A DNA stretch of 64,000 bases, taken from NCBI GenBank assembly GCA_963705105.1, contig CAVPIW010000012.1, positions 288,001 through 352,000 on the forward strand, read 5' to 3'. Shown here piece by piece: positions 1 to 9,580 of this stretch (positions are counted from its first letter, which is position 1; each line of letters opens with the position of its first letter). The translations under genes and the position numbers were made by a program. The DNA is from an uncultured Nitrospiraceae bacterium. GTDB lineage: Bacteria; Nitrospirota; Thermodesulfovibrionia; Thermodesulfovibrionales; Dissulfurispiraceae. The notes under the pieces were generated by a model. The model was not told the DNA's origin, ran no database searches, and saw nothing but the letters and a program-made list of their open reading frames with translations.

Positions 1-1
1 A

Positions 2-157
2 ATCCTTGAAGAGTATTTCAAGGGAGAGAAAGTCGTCATTGCAGTGGTCAGGGAGAAGGAACGGTTTTTTGAGGCGGAGATCAGGGACGAAAACAAAGCC
101 CTGCTGGACGTCGTCATTGTGGACAAAAGGACGGGAAGGATTCGGTCGACCTACTGA
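2..157 (+). CDS. 3' end of a small PepSY-like protein (partial at window edge)
   Basis: Frame from position 2 reads ILEEYFKGEKVVIAVVREKERFFEAEIRDENKALLDVVIVDKRTGRIRSTY*; VDKRTG.I is a PepSY-like ending. Confidence 0.5.
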   Translation: MLEEYFKGEKVVIAVVREKERFFEAEIRDENKALLDVVIVDKRTGRIRSTY

Positions 158-256
158 CCGTCCGCACGTAATGCATTGTCGCTGTCAGCAGGGCTATGAG
201 GCGCGTAATGCAACTGGGATGGTTGGAGTTCAGGGAAATGAAGGGAGGTGAGTGAC

Positions 257-658
257 ATGAGAAAAATTCAGACGATCGTGGGCGTCCTGATCGTCGTTTG
301 CCTGATGGCTTTCGCGGTCGAAGGGGCACAGCAAAAGGCGGTGCAAAAGGACGAGTCCCTCAGGAAGGGCGAGACACGGGCCACCCTCGACCCGAATATC
401 TTCAATGATCCCCGGATCCGAAAGGCCTATCAGGTCGCGAAGGACATCCCCTGGGTCATCGACAGTATTTACTGCTATTGCTTCTGCCAGGAGTCTCCCG
501 CCTTCAGGCACAAGAGTCTCCTGAGCTGCTTCGTCGACAATCATGCGGCCATGTGAGAGATCTGCCTCGGGGAGGCCCTGCGGGCCTTCGAACTGTATCA
601 GAAGGGATATCCGGTTAAAAAGATAAAAGAAACGGTGGAAAAGGAATTCAAACGGTAG
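257..658 (+). CDS. CYCxC/PCYCGC-motif exported protein, probable selenoprotein (TGA 554-556 = Sec, HAAM-U-EIC)
   Basis: Signal peptide and YCYCFC motif; frame continues past TGA as EICLGEALRAFELYQKGYPVKKIKETVEKEFKR to TAG 656-658, 11 nt before the next gene; hairpin at 571-589. Confidence 0.8.
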
Positions 659-669
659 GAGGGTGAGCG

Positions 670-1059
670 ATGAGAAAGGCAATCCTCATCATCATAGCCC
701 TGTTCGCAATGACGGGGCTTGTGTTTGCAAAAGAGTACAAGGCGGAGAAGAAGGCGGGAGACTATTATGTGGAGATCGAGATCGACAGGAACCCGCCTGT
801 TGTGGGTGACAACAAGATCAAGATCGAGATAAAGGACTCGGCCAGGAAATATGTGACGGACGAGAAGGTGATCGTCGAATACTCGATGCCGCCCATGCCG
901 GGCATGGCGCCGATGAACTACAAGACCGATGCGGAGCTGAAGGACCATTCGTACCGGGCGACGATGAAGCTCTCCATGGCCGGTTCCTGGAATATCGTCG
1001 TCAAATTTACGAGGGGAGGAAAGACGACATCGGCGAAGTTCACCATCGACGCGCAGTAG
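670..1059 (+). CDS. FixH/YtkA-like periplasmic Met-rich metal-binding protein
   Basis: Signal peptide, PPVVGDN, YSMPPMPGMAPM, LSMAGSW motifs; lies upstream of the cus genes. Confidence 0.75.
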   Translation: MRKAILIIIALFAMTGLVFAKEYKAEKKAGDYYVEIEIDRNPPVVGDNKIKIEIKDSARKYVTDEKVIVEYSMPPMPGMAPMNYKTDAELKDHSYRATMKLSMAGSWNIVVKFTRGGKTTSAKFTIDAQ

Positions 1060-1144
1060 GCAAGTGTGAGTGTTAGTGACAGTGTCAGTGTCGGAATACG
1101 TTTTCCCGAAAAAGGTCACTCGTATCCGAAATAGCTCACATAAA

Positions 1145-1356
1145 CTTTACAGTTGCATGAAAAGGCGGGACAAAGTGCCTCAAAGCCTTGCTGATAGCGA
1201 GCATGATCATTTGAAATTGGACATTGGGGATTTCACCCTCTGTGTCATTAACCGTCATCCTGAAATGATCCGTATGGGACGGCAAAGGTTTCGCAGCACT
1301 AAGGCTTTTCGGCATCTTCGCCCCGCCTTTCCGGGTGTCCTGTCGCAACGATAAGG
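1145..1356 (+). repeat. ~210-bp hairpin/MITE-like element, copy A (arm types L2+R2)
   Basis: Termini CTTTACAGTTGCA...GCAACGATAAGG; same subfamily as copy F at 25946-26157. Confidence 0.85.
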
Positions 1357-1430
1357 ATATGTTTTCATAACAGAGACATGTTTTTGAGGAGAGGGAGATT
1401 ATTTTGCGAAGAAATCATGCCCTGTCTCCG
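1357..1430 (+). repeat. ~75-bp dispersed repeat (second copy at 22329-22400)
   Basis: atatgttttcataaca..gaggagagggag.ttattttgcgaagaaatcatgccct present at both sites. Confidence 0.75.
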
Positions 1431-2708
1431 TGCCCCCCGGCCAGAATCGGGGCATATCTTTTCGTCATAGCGATTTTCTTTCTTTTCACCGGCGGGGCAT
1501 CGGCCGGTGAGCTGATGCTTGACGAACTCGTCGCTGAGGCCCTGAAGAACAACCCCGAAATCAGGGCCGCCGAGGCGCGATTTCTCGCCTCGCAGCACCG
1601 CGTGCCCCAGTCGTCGAGCCTCCCCGACCCGATGTTCATGTTCGGCTACCAGAACGAAGGCACGTCCAACCTCTTCACCTACGGCGAGATGCCCGATTCC
1701 CAATGGATGCTTTCCCTCTCCCAGATGGTCCCGTTCCCCGGAAAACTCTCCCTGAAGGAGGAGATGGCGCGGGGAGAATCGGGAAGCCTCGGGGCGGTCC
1801 TCGAAGCGGCGAAGCGGCGGACCGCCGCCCGCGTGCGTGAACTCTACTACGACCTGTTCCTCATGCACCGCAGCATCGACCTTGTCCGTGAACGGGCCGG
1901 TCTCTTCTCGAAGATCGAGGAGGCGTCCCTGGCCCGCTATTCGTCCGGTCAGGGCATGCAGCAGGAGGTGGTCATGGCCCAGACGGAGAAGTTCATGCTC
2001 CTCGAACGGGAGGAGATGTTCCTGCAGCGGATGCAGACCATCGAGGCCATGCTGAACACCCTTGCCGGCAGGGATGTGAACGCGCCCCTTGGAAAGCCTC
2101 AGGAGCCGAAAATGTTTCCTTACACCTATGACCTCGATCACCTCCTGAAGAGCGCTCACGGGTACGCTGCCGAAGTCAGGTCCCGGGAGGGGATGATCGC
2201 CTCCGGCGAGGCACGGGTGAGGATGGCGAAGCGAGAGTTCTATCCCGACTTCACCCTGACGGGCAGCTACTTCGCGAAAACGTCGAACTTTCCCGACATG
2301 TGGAGCCTCACGACGAGTGTCAACGTCCCTCTCTTTTACCGTACGAAGCAGCAACAGGCCTTTCTTGAAGCGGAGGCGTCTCTCTCTGAGGCGCGGAATG
2401 AAATGGAAGCGGCAAAGAGGATGGTCGCCGCGTCCATACGCGAGTCCTTCGTCATGCTCAGGAGCGCCGAGCGTCTCGCCGAAATCAGCAAACAGGGACT
2501 GGCCCCGAAGGCCCGGCAGGATTTCGAGCTTTCCCTGTCAGGATACGTCACGGGAAGGATCGAGGCGATGACAGTCATTACACGGCTCAAAACGCTCGTC
2601 GAAATCGAGCTCCAGTACTGGAATCAGATCGTCGAGCGGGAGAAGGCAATCGCCAGGATAGAGGCCCTGACAGGGGTTCAACCGGTTGCACGGGAGAAAG
2701 AACAGTGA
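1404..2708 (+). CDS. TolC/CusC-family outer-membrane efflux protein
   Basis: ALKNNPEI, LPDP, FPGKL, YPDF, VNVPL motifs; GTGA overlap with the MFP gene; start uncertain. Confidence 0.9.
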   Translation: MRRNHALSPCPPARIGAYLFVIAIFFLFTGGASAGELMLDELVAEALKNNPEIRAAEARFLASQHRVPQSSSLPDPMFMFGYQNEGTSNLFTYGEMPDSQWMLSLSQMVPFPGKLSLKEEMARGESGSLGAVLEAAKRRTAARVRELYYDLFLMHRSIDLVRERAGLFSKIEEASLARYSSGQGMQQEVVMAQTEKFMLLEREEMFLQRMQTIEAMLNTLAGRDVNAPLGKPQEPKMFPYTYDLDHLLKSAHGYAAEVRSREGMIASGEARVRMAKREFYPDFTLTGSYFAKTSNFPDMWSLTTSVNVPLFYRTKQQQAFLEAEASLSEARNEMEAAKRMVAASIRESFVMLRSAERLAEISKQGLAPKARQDFELSLSGYVTGRIEAMTVITRLKTLVEIELQYWNQIVEREKAIARIEALTGVQPVAREKEQ

Positions 2709-3901
2709 ACAAAAGGGTCATGGTGATCGCAGGTCTCATCGTCCTGCTTGTCCTGATTGTAGTGGCGGGAATGCATCTGAAAACTACTTCCGGGAAGAAA
2801 GCCCCGCAGGGGACGGCTTCCCAGGCAGATCCGGCAAAGGACATCGAAAAGCCCGGCGCCGTCCAGGCTCAGCAGGAAGAGCAGGCCGAGGCGCCGACCG
2901 TTGAGATCCCGCAGGACAAGCAGCAACTCACAGGGGTCAAGGTCGTCGAGGTCGCCGCGCGGTCTCTGCACAGGACGATCAGGGCGGCCGGAAAGATCGA
3001 GTATGACGAGCGCAGGCTCTCGGCAGTGAACACGAAGGTCGACGGGTGGATCGAGAAGCTCCACGTCGGCTTTACGGGCAAATATGTCAGGAAGGGTGAG
3101 CCGCTTGCCGAGATATACAGCCCCGAGCTTATGGCGACGCAGAAGGAATTCCTCGTTGCTTTGAAATGGGGAAAGAAGGCCGGTGCGGGCGAGCAGAAGT
3201 CCGATATCGACAAAATGCTCGCCCAGGACGCTGAGGCCGTCGTCGAGGCGGCCCGTCAGCGGCTCGGGCTCTGGGACATCAGTGCCGGGCAGATCAGGAC
3301 GATCGAGGAGACGGGGACGCCCCTGCGATCACTGACGATTTACAGCCCCGTCAGCGGCTACGTCGTCCAGAAGACGGCCCTCCAGGGGATGCGCGTCATG
3401 GCCGGGGAAAAGCTCTTCGAAGTGGCCGACCTCTCTAATCTCTGGATCATGACGGAGGTGTACGAGCATGAACTCTCTCTCATCAAACCAGGACAACGCG
3501 CACTCGTCCGCCTCAGCTCACTGCCGGGCAGGGAGCTGACCTCGCAGATCGAATACATTGACCCCGTCCTCTCCGGTGAAACGAGGACGGCGAAGGTGAG
3601 ACTGTCCGTGGCGAATGCAGGAGGGAACCTGAAGCCCGGGATGTTCACGGATGTGGAGATTCGTGTCGATCTCGGGAAACGGCTCGCCGTCCCCGATGAG
3701 GCTGTCATCGACACGGGCAGGCGCCAGATCGTCTACGTCGACAAGGGAGAGGGATACTACGAACCGAGGGAGATAACGACGGGACTGAAGGCCGACGGAC
3801 TCACCGAGGTGCTCAAGGGCCTCAAGGCGGGAGAGCGGGTCGCCACCTCGGCCTCGTTCCTCATCGACGCAGAAGCAAGACTAAAGGGCGTCGTGAAGTA
3901 A
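2705..3901 (+). CDS. cusB: CusB-family efflux membrane-fusion protein
   Basis: GWIEKL, IYSPEL, LKPGMF, AVIDTGRRQIV, FLIDAE motifs. Confidence 0.9.
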   Translation: MNKRVMVIAGLIVLLVLIVVAGMHLKTTSGKKAPQGTASQADPAKDIEKPGAVQAQQEEQAEAPTVEIPQDKQQLTGVKVVEVAARSLHRTIRAAGKIEYDERRLSAVNTKVDGWIEKLHVGFTGKYVRKGEPLAEIYSPELMATQKEFLVALKWGKKAGAGEQKSDIDKMLAQDAEAVVEAARQRLGLWDISAGQIRTIEETGTPLRSLTIYSPVSGYVVQKTALQGMRVMAGEKLFEVADLSNLWIMTEVYEHELSLIKPGQRALVRLSSLPGRELTSQIEYIDPVLSGETRTAKVRLSVANAGGNLKPGMFTDVEIRVDLGKRLAVPDEAVIDTGRRQIVYVDKGEGYYEPREITTGLKADGLTEVLKGLKAGERVATSASFLIDAEARLKGVVK

Positions 3902-3919
3902 CTTTGCCGGTGCATTTAA

Positions 3920-4128
3920 CTTCCGGCTGCATGGAGAGGCGGGGCGAAGCGCCTCAAAGCCTTGCTGAAGGCGACGATGATCATCGTCAGGTTCGTCTTT
4001 CAGGATTCCATTCTCTGTGTCAACGACCGGCGGCTTGAAACGCTGTCTTTTGTGACAGTTGTGGTGTCGCCGCAGCAAGGTTTTCGGCGCATACACCCCG
4101 CCTCTCCTCTGGGTGGATGCAATAGGTA
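3920..4128 (+). repeat. ~210-bp hairpin element, copy B (between cusB and cusA)
   Basis: GGAGAGGCGGGGCG..GCCTTGCTG..GGCGAC pairs with GTCGCC..CAGCAAGG..CCCCGCCTCTCC. Confidence 0.85.
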
Positions 4129-4146
4129 ACGTGGGGGTGTAAGATC

Positions 4147-7100
4147 GTGATAGAAAAAATCATCGGCTTCAGCGCCCGGAACCGCTTCGTCATCTTCCTC
4201 CTCGTGGGCTTTCTCACCGCCTGGGGCTACTGGTCGCTGAAGCAGACCCCCCTCGACGCCATCCCCGACCTGAGCGACACCCAGGTCATCATCTTCACCG
4301 AGTGGCCCGGCAGGAGCCCCGACCTCATCGAGAACCAGGTCACGTACCCCATCACATCGACGCTCCTCGCGGCGCCGCAGGTGCAGGTCGTGAGGGGCTT
4401 CTCCTTTTTCGGCAGCTCCTTCGTCTATGTCATCTTCGAGGAGGGGACGGACATCTACTGGGCGAGGAGCAGGATCATCGAGTACCTCCAGTCGGTGAAG
4501 AGCAAACTCCCCGCAGACGTCAACCCCGTGCTCGGTCCCGACGCGACGAGCCTCGGCTGGGGCTTTTCCTATGCCGTCGTCGACGAGACGGGCGGGCATG
4601 ACCTCTCGGAGCTCCGCTCGATCCAGGACTGGAACGTCAAGCTGGCACTGGAGAGTGTGCCCGGTGTCTCCCAGGCGGCGAGCATCGGCGGGTTCGTCAG
4701 GCAATATCAGATCACCGTCGATCCCAACCGCCTGAGGGCCTACAACATCCCCATCACGAAGGTCATGGAGGCCGTGCGCAGGGGAAACAGGGATGTCGAG
4801 GGGAGGGTGATGGAGTTCTCGGGCATCGAGTACATGGTGCGCGGGAAAGGGTACATACAGAGCATCAGGGACATCGAGAACATCCCCGTCGCGGCGAGCC
4901 TGTCGGGCACGCCCCTGTTCATGAAGGACATCGCGCGGATCCAGCTCGGCCCGGAGATCAGGAGGGGACTGGCGGACCTCGACGGCAAGGGCGAGGTCGC
5001 CGGCGGCATCGTTGTCGTGCGCTTCGGCGAGAACGTGCTGAGCGTCATCGAGAGGGTCAAGGAGAAGATCCGGCGCGACATCGACCCTTCTCTTCCCAGG
5101 GGCGTCAAAATCGTCACCACCTATGACAGGACGGACCTGATCAACCGGTCCATCGCGACCCTGCGTGACGAGATTATCAAACTCTCCGTCGCCGTTGCGG
5201 CCGTGTGCATCATCTTCCTCTTCCACCTGCCGAGCGCCCTCGTCGTGATTCTGACCCTGCCCGTGGCGATCATCATCTCCTTCATCTGCATGCACTACCT
5301 CGGCGTGACGTCCAACATCATGAGCCTGAGCGGCATCGCCATCGCCATCGGCGCCATGGTCGACGCCTCGATCATCATGGTCGAAAACGCCCACAAGAAG
5401 CTCGAGGAATGGGAATCGGCAGGGAGCGTCGGATCGCGAACGGAGGTCATCATCGAGGCGGCGAAAGAGGTCGGCCCGTCGCTCTTCTTCTCCCTCCTCG
5501 TCATCACCGTCGCATTCCTGCCCGTCTTCACCCTTCAGGCCCAGGCAGGGCGGCTTTTCAAGCCCCTCGCATACACCAAGACCTTCGCCATGCTCTTCTC
5601 GTCTTTTCTTGCCGTCACCCTGACGCCGGTCCTCATGACCCTCTTCATCAGGGGAAAGATCAGGCCTGAGGAGAAGAACCCCGTCAGCATCATCCTCCAC
5701 AGACTTTACGAACCCGTGGCGCGCCTTGCCCTGAGATTCAGAAAGACCGTCATCGTGCTTGCCCTTATCGTTATGGGCGTGACGGTCTATCCTTTCGTCA
5801 GGCTCGGCTCGGAGTTCATGCCTCCCCTGTACGAGGGAACGCTTTTTTACATGCCCGTGACCGTGCCTGCCGCTTCCATTACGGAGGTCTCGAAGCTTCT
5901 GCAGCTCCAGGACCGGCTGATCATGACGGTCCCCGAGGTTTATCAGGTCTTCGGAAAGGCCGGCAGGGCCGAGACGGCGACGGACCCGGCGCCCCTGGAG
6001 ATGTTCGAGACGGTCATCAACCTCAAGCCGGAGTCGCAGTGGAGGCCGGGCATGACCGTCGAGAAACTGAAGAACGAGCTGAACGATGTCCTCACCATTC
6101 CGGGTGTGGCCAACTCCTTCACCATGCCCATCAAGGCCCGCATCGACATGCTCGCCACGGGCATCAGGACGCCCGTGGGGATCAAGGTGCTCGGACCCCA
6201 TATCGAAGGCATCGAGCGCATCGGTCTCGACCTGGAGCAGAGCCTGAGGGATGTAAAAGGGACGCGCAGTGTGTATGCTGAGCGTGTGACGACGGGATAC
6301 TTTCTCGATATCACGGTGAAACGCGAGGCGGCGGCGCGATACGGGCTGAATGTGGACGACGTCCAGGAGGTGATCCAGTCCGCCCTGGGCGGGATGAACC
6401 TCACCACCACAGTCGAAGGCCGCGAGAGATACCCCGTCAATGTGCGCTACCCGAGGGAGCTCAGGGACAGCATCGACGCGTTGAAGAGGGTCCTCGTCCC
6501 CGCCATGGCGGGCCGGCCGCAGTCCATGACGGCTCCGTCACCGGCATCCTTCTCCCCTGTTTCCGGCGTGCTCCAGGTCCCCCTGGCGGAGCTCGCCGAC
6601 ATCCAGATCGTCCGGGGACCGACGGCCATCAAGAGCGAAGAGGGGCTCCTGGCGTCCTATGTTTTTATCGACATAACAGGCAGGGACATCGGGGGTTATG
6701 TGGAAGAGGCGAAGCAGAAGGTTGCATCCGTCACTGTCCCCGAGGGGTACCGGCTCCAGTGGAGCGGCGAATATGAATACCTCGTGAAGACCCACGAGCG
6801 GCTCCTGATCGTCATTCCCCTCACCGTGCTCATCATCTTCGTGCTCATTTACCTCAACACGAAGTCCGTGACGAAAACGATGATCGTGCTCCTCGCCGTC
6901 CCCTTTTCGCTCGTCGGTTCGTTCTGGCTCCTGCATATCCTCAATTACAACATGAGCATCGCCGTCTGGGTGGGTATCATCGCCCTTGCGGGGCTCGACG
7001 CGGAGACGGGCGTCGTTATGCTCCTCTATCTCGATCTCGCCTATGAGAAGTGGAAGAAGGAGGGCAGGCTCAGGACTCGCGACGACCTGCGGGAGGCGAT

Positions 7101-7329
7101 CATGTACGGCGCCGTCAAGAGGATCAGGCCCAAGATCATGACCGTCAGCGTCATCCTGGCGGGACTCGTGCCGATCATGTTCAGCCACGGCGCGGGGTCG
7201 GACGTGATGAAGCGCATCGCCGCCCCCATGGTCGGCGGCGTCATCACCTCGACCATCCTCGAGCTCATCATCTATCCCGCCCTGTACATGATCTGGAAGG
7301 GCAGGCGCCTCGACATCACTGAAAAGTGA
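4147..7329 (+). CDS. cusA: CusA-family heavy-metal RND permease
   Basis: LDAIPDLSDTQVII, IYWARSR, LGPDATSLGW, GSEFMPPL, KRIRPKIMT, MKRIAAPMVGG. Confidence 0.95.
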   Translation: MIEKIIGFSARNRFVIFLLVGFLTAWGYWSLKQTPLDAIPDLSDTQVIIFTEWPGRSPDLIENQVTYPITSTLLAAPQVQVVRGFSFFGSSFVYVIFEEGTDIYWARSRIIEYLQSVKSKLPADVNPVLGPDATSLGWGFSYAVVDETGGHDLSELRSIQDWNVKLALESVPGVSQAASIGGFVRQYQITVDPNRLRAYNIPITKVMEAVRRGNRDVEGRVMEFSGIEYMVRGKGYIQSIRDIENIPVAASLSGTPLFMKDIARIQLGPEIRRGLADLDGKGEVAGGIVVVRFGENVLSVIERVKEKIRRDIDPSLPRGVKIVTTYDRTDLINRSIATLRDEIIKLSVAVAAVCIIFLFHLPSALVVILTLPVAIIISFICMHYLGVTSNIMSLSGIAIAIGAMVDASIIMVENAHKKLEEWESAGSVGSRTEVIIEAAKEVGPSLFFSLLVITVAFLPVFTLQAQAGRLFKPLAYTKTFAMLFSSFLAVTLTPVLMTLFIRGKIRPEEKNPVSIILHRLYEPVARLALRFRKTVIVLALIVMGVTVYPFVRLGSEFMPPLYEGTLFYMPVTVPAASITEVSKLLQLQDRLIMTVPEVYQVFGKAGRAETATDPAPLEMFETVINLKPESQWRPGMTVEKLKNELNDVLTIPGVANSFTMPIKARIDMLATGIRTPVGIKVLGPHIEGIERIGLDLEQSLRDVKGTRSVYAERVTTGYFLDITVKREAAARYGLNVDDVQEVIQSALGGMNLTTTVEGRERYPVNVRYPRELRDSIDALKRVLVPAMAGRPQSMTAPSPASFSPVSGVLQVPLAELADIQIVRGPTAIKSEEGLLASYVFIDITGRDIGGYVEEAKQKVASVTVPEGYRLQWSGEYEYLVKTHERLLIVIPLTVLIIFVLIYLNTKSVTKTMIVLLAVPFSLVGSFWLLHILNYNMSIAVWVGIIALAGLDAETGVVMLLYLDLAYEKWKKEGRLRTRDDLREAIMYGAVKRIRPKIMTVSVILAGLVPIMFSHGAGSDVMKRIAAPMVGGVITSTILELIIYPALYMIWKGRRLDITEK

Positions 7330-7425
7330 TCCAAGACTCTCACAACGACAAATACAAATTAGCCACAGAGGTCACGGAGGAAAGCCCGATTTACTAAGGA
7401 GATCATAAGTAGGACCACATAGGTT

Positions 7426-7510
7426 GTCATTCCCGCAACCCCGTACTTGATGCGGGGGCGTCGGGAATCCCTCTGAAAAAAAGAAAGATTCCGGACAAGC
7501 CGGAATGACA
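7426..7510. repeat. GTCATTCC...GGAATGAC REP-like palindrome (related copies ~17981-18063, 28105-28243, 55032-55136)
   Basis: gtcattcccgc..tcgggaatcc..gattccggacaagccggaatgac. Confidence 0.7.
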
Positions 7511-7536
7511 TAATTACACACGGATCGTGGCTTTAC

Positions 7537-7742
7537 CTTGCATAGAAAGGCGTGGCGAAACGCCTCAAAGCCTTGCTGAAGGCGACGATAAGCCTCATCA
7601 GGATTGTCTTTCAGGATTCCACTCTTTGTGTGGTCGACCGTTGGTTTGAAAGGTTGTCTTCTGTGAGAGTTATGGTGTCGCCGCAGCAAGGTTTTCGGCG
7701 CATACGCCCCGCCTTTCCCGGAAGTGTATTGCAACGATAAGG
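7537..7742 (+). repeat. ~210-bp hairpin element, copy C
   Basis: Same L1/R1 arms; ends TGCAACGATAAGG. Confidence 0.85.
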
Positions 7743-8164
7743 TTTACTAATGACTGCATTTATAAATGTATAAGACATAAAGCAGGAACTGGATTTGCCA
7801 TACCCGAATCGGTAGCCGCAGGCTTCTGCCTGCGTTGGGAAATTCTACAGAAGCCTCATCTTTTGATTGCCTCTTCGCAGGAAAGTTTTTCTCTGTGCTC
7901 TCTGTGACCTCTGTGGCAGAATCGCCGTCTTAGTCTTTCTTTCTTTTCTTTTTTCGGCTTTGCGTGAAACGGACTTGAAAAGGGAAAGGGCAGGGTGGAA
8001 ATGATTGTTGACATGAACTATTATTAGTGAGACAGTGAAAGCTGCAACCGGCGTCTGACAATAGTGTAATGAAATGCCGGAGTGCGGAAAGGACGATCCA
8101 TGAGATGGGGAATTGAGGGCGGGACGATGACAAGCCCGCGGGAAACGTACCGGGGGCAAGACTG

Positions 8165-9388
8165 ATGCACGACTATCCCGTCATCATCTTTGCGGCCGTT
8201 CTCGCCTTCGTCTTCGGGCTCTTCTCGCACCTGGCCGAGAAGTCGCCGATCTCCGGCCCCATGGTCTTTGTGACCGTCGGCATCCTTGCAAGCCCCCTCG
8301 GCTTCGGGTGGCTCGATGTCTCGCCCAGCGCGAAGATCGTCACCGTCCTCGCCGAGATCGCCCTCGTGATCATCCTCTTCGTCGACGCATCGCTGATTGA
8401 CGTGCCCAGACTCATCAGGGAAAGGGCGATCCCCCTGCGGCTCCTGCTCATCGGGCTTCCCCTGACGATGGTTCTCGGCCTTGCCGTGGCTGTTCCCCTT
8501 TTTCAGGACATGAACATATGGGTCCTGGCGCTGATGGCCTTCATCCTCTCCCCGACAGACGCGGCGCTGGGGCTGGCAGTCGTGAAGAGCGAGGTGGTGC
8601 CCGAGCGCATCAGGCAGTCGATCAACGTCGAGAGCGGCCTGAACGACGGGCTCGCCCTTCCTCCCATCCTCCTCTGCATCGCCGTGCTTTCCGGCACCGC
8701 CGGGGAACAGGGAGGCCCGTCATACTGGCTGCTCTTCGCCCTGAAGCAGACCCTGTTCGGCCCGGTCGTGGGCGCCGTTGTGGGATGGACAGGAGGGTTT
8801 CTCGTGGAGAGGGCTTCCCGGGCCGGATGGATGAGTCATACCTTTCAGAGGCTCGCCTCGATCGCCCTTGCCATGATCGCCTATGCCTTTGCAGAGGTGT
8901 TCCACGGCAACGGGTTCATCGCCGCCTTTTTCGCAGGCCTCCTCCTGGGGACGGAGACCCATGCCGTGCGGGAAAGGATCCAGGAGTTCGCCGAGGCGGA
9001 GGGGCAGCAAAAGGCGCTGTATATCTTTCTGCTCTTCGGTCTCGTCCTCGTCCCGGCTGCAGTGCGTCACTGGGACGTCAGCGCCTGGATATACGCCCTC
9101 CTCAGTCTCACTGTCATCAGGATGGCCCCTGTCGCCCTCAGCCTGGTCGGGACGGGACTGGACCGGCAGACAGTCGGATTTATCGGCTGGTTCGGCCCCC
9201 GGGGCATCGCGTCGGTCCTCTACCTGCTCATCGTCGTCGGTAAGCTGGGCGCCAAGGGATACGAGTATATGCTGTCCGTCATCGTGCTGACGGTCCTCCT
9301 GAGCGTCTTCGCCCACGGGATCACGTCTGTGCCCCTGTCGCGGTGGTACGGCCGTCACGCCGCCGCAACGGTCCCTCCTGAAGCATGA
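8165..9388 (+). CDS. CPA1/NhaP-type cation:proton antiporter
   Basis: LSPTDAALG, NVESGLNDG, GWFGPRGIAS motifs. Confidence 0.9.
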   Translation: MHDYPVIIFAAVLAFVFGLFSHLAEKSPISGPMVFVTVGILASPLGFGWLDVSPSAKIVTVLAEIALVIILFVDASLIDVPRLIRERAIPLRLLLIGLPLTMVLGLAVAVPLFQDMNIWVLALMAFILSPTDAALGLAVVKSEVVPERIRQSINVESGLNDGLALPPILLCIAVLSGTAGEQGGPSYWLLFALKQTLFGPVVGAVVGWTGGFLVERASRAGWMSHTFQRLASIALAMIAYAFAEVFHGNGFIAAFFAGLLLGTETHAVRERIQEFAEAEGQQKALYIFLLFGLVLVPAAVRHWDVSAWIYALLSLTVIRMAPVALSLVGTGLDRQTVGFIGWFGPRGIASVLYLLIVVGKLGAKGYEYMLSVIVLTVLLSVFAHGITSVPLSRWYGRHAAATVPPEA

Positions 9389-9580
9389 ATTCCCCCTGTG
9401 GCTTATCGAGTTGTTTTCCGCCTGTCCTTTGCTCCGATGCATAGGGCAGGTCAGTCTGACAAAACGAATGACCCGCGTTTCAGCAGAATAATGGAAAGAT
9501 TGATGGAATGGATGCTGACGACATAAGAAGAATATACCAGCAAGGCCATGATCTTGGCCGTGCAAGAGGAGGAGAGAACG

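Noticed and set aside
4000..6201. Long antisense ORFs (also 45723-47075, 50038-51264, 51438-53297)
   Set aside because: Shadows of GC-rich genes on the opposite strand, with no motifs of their own
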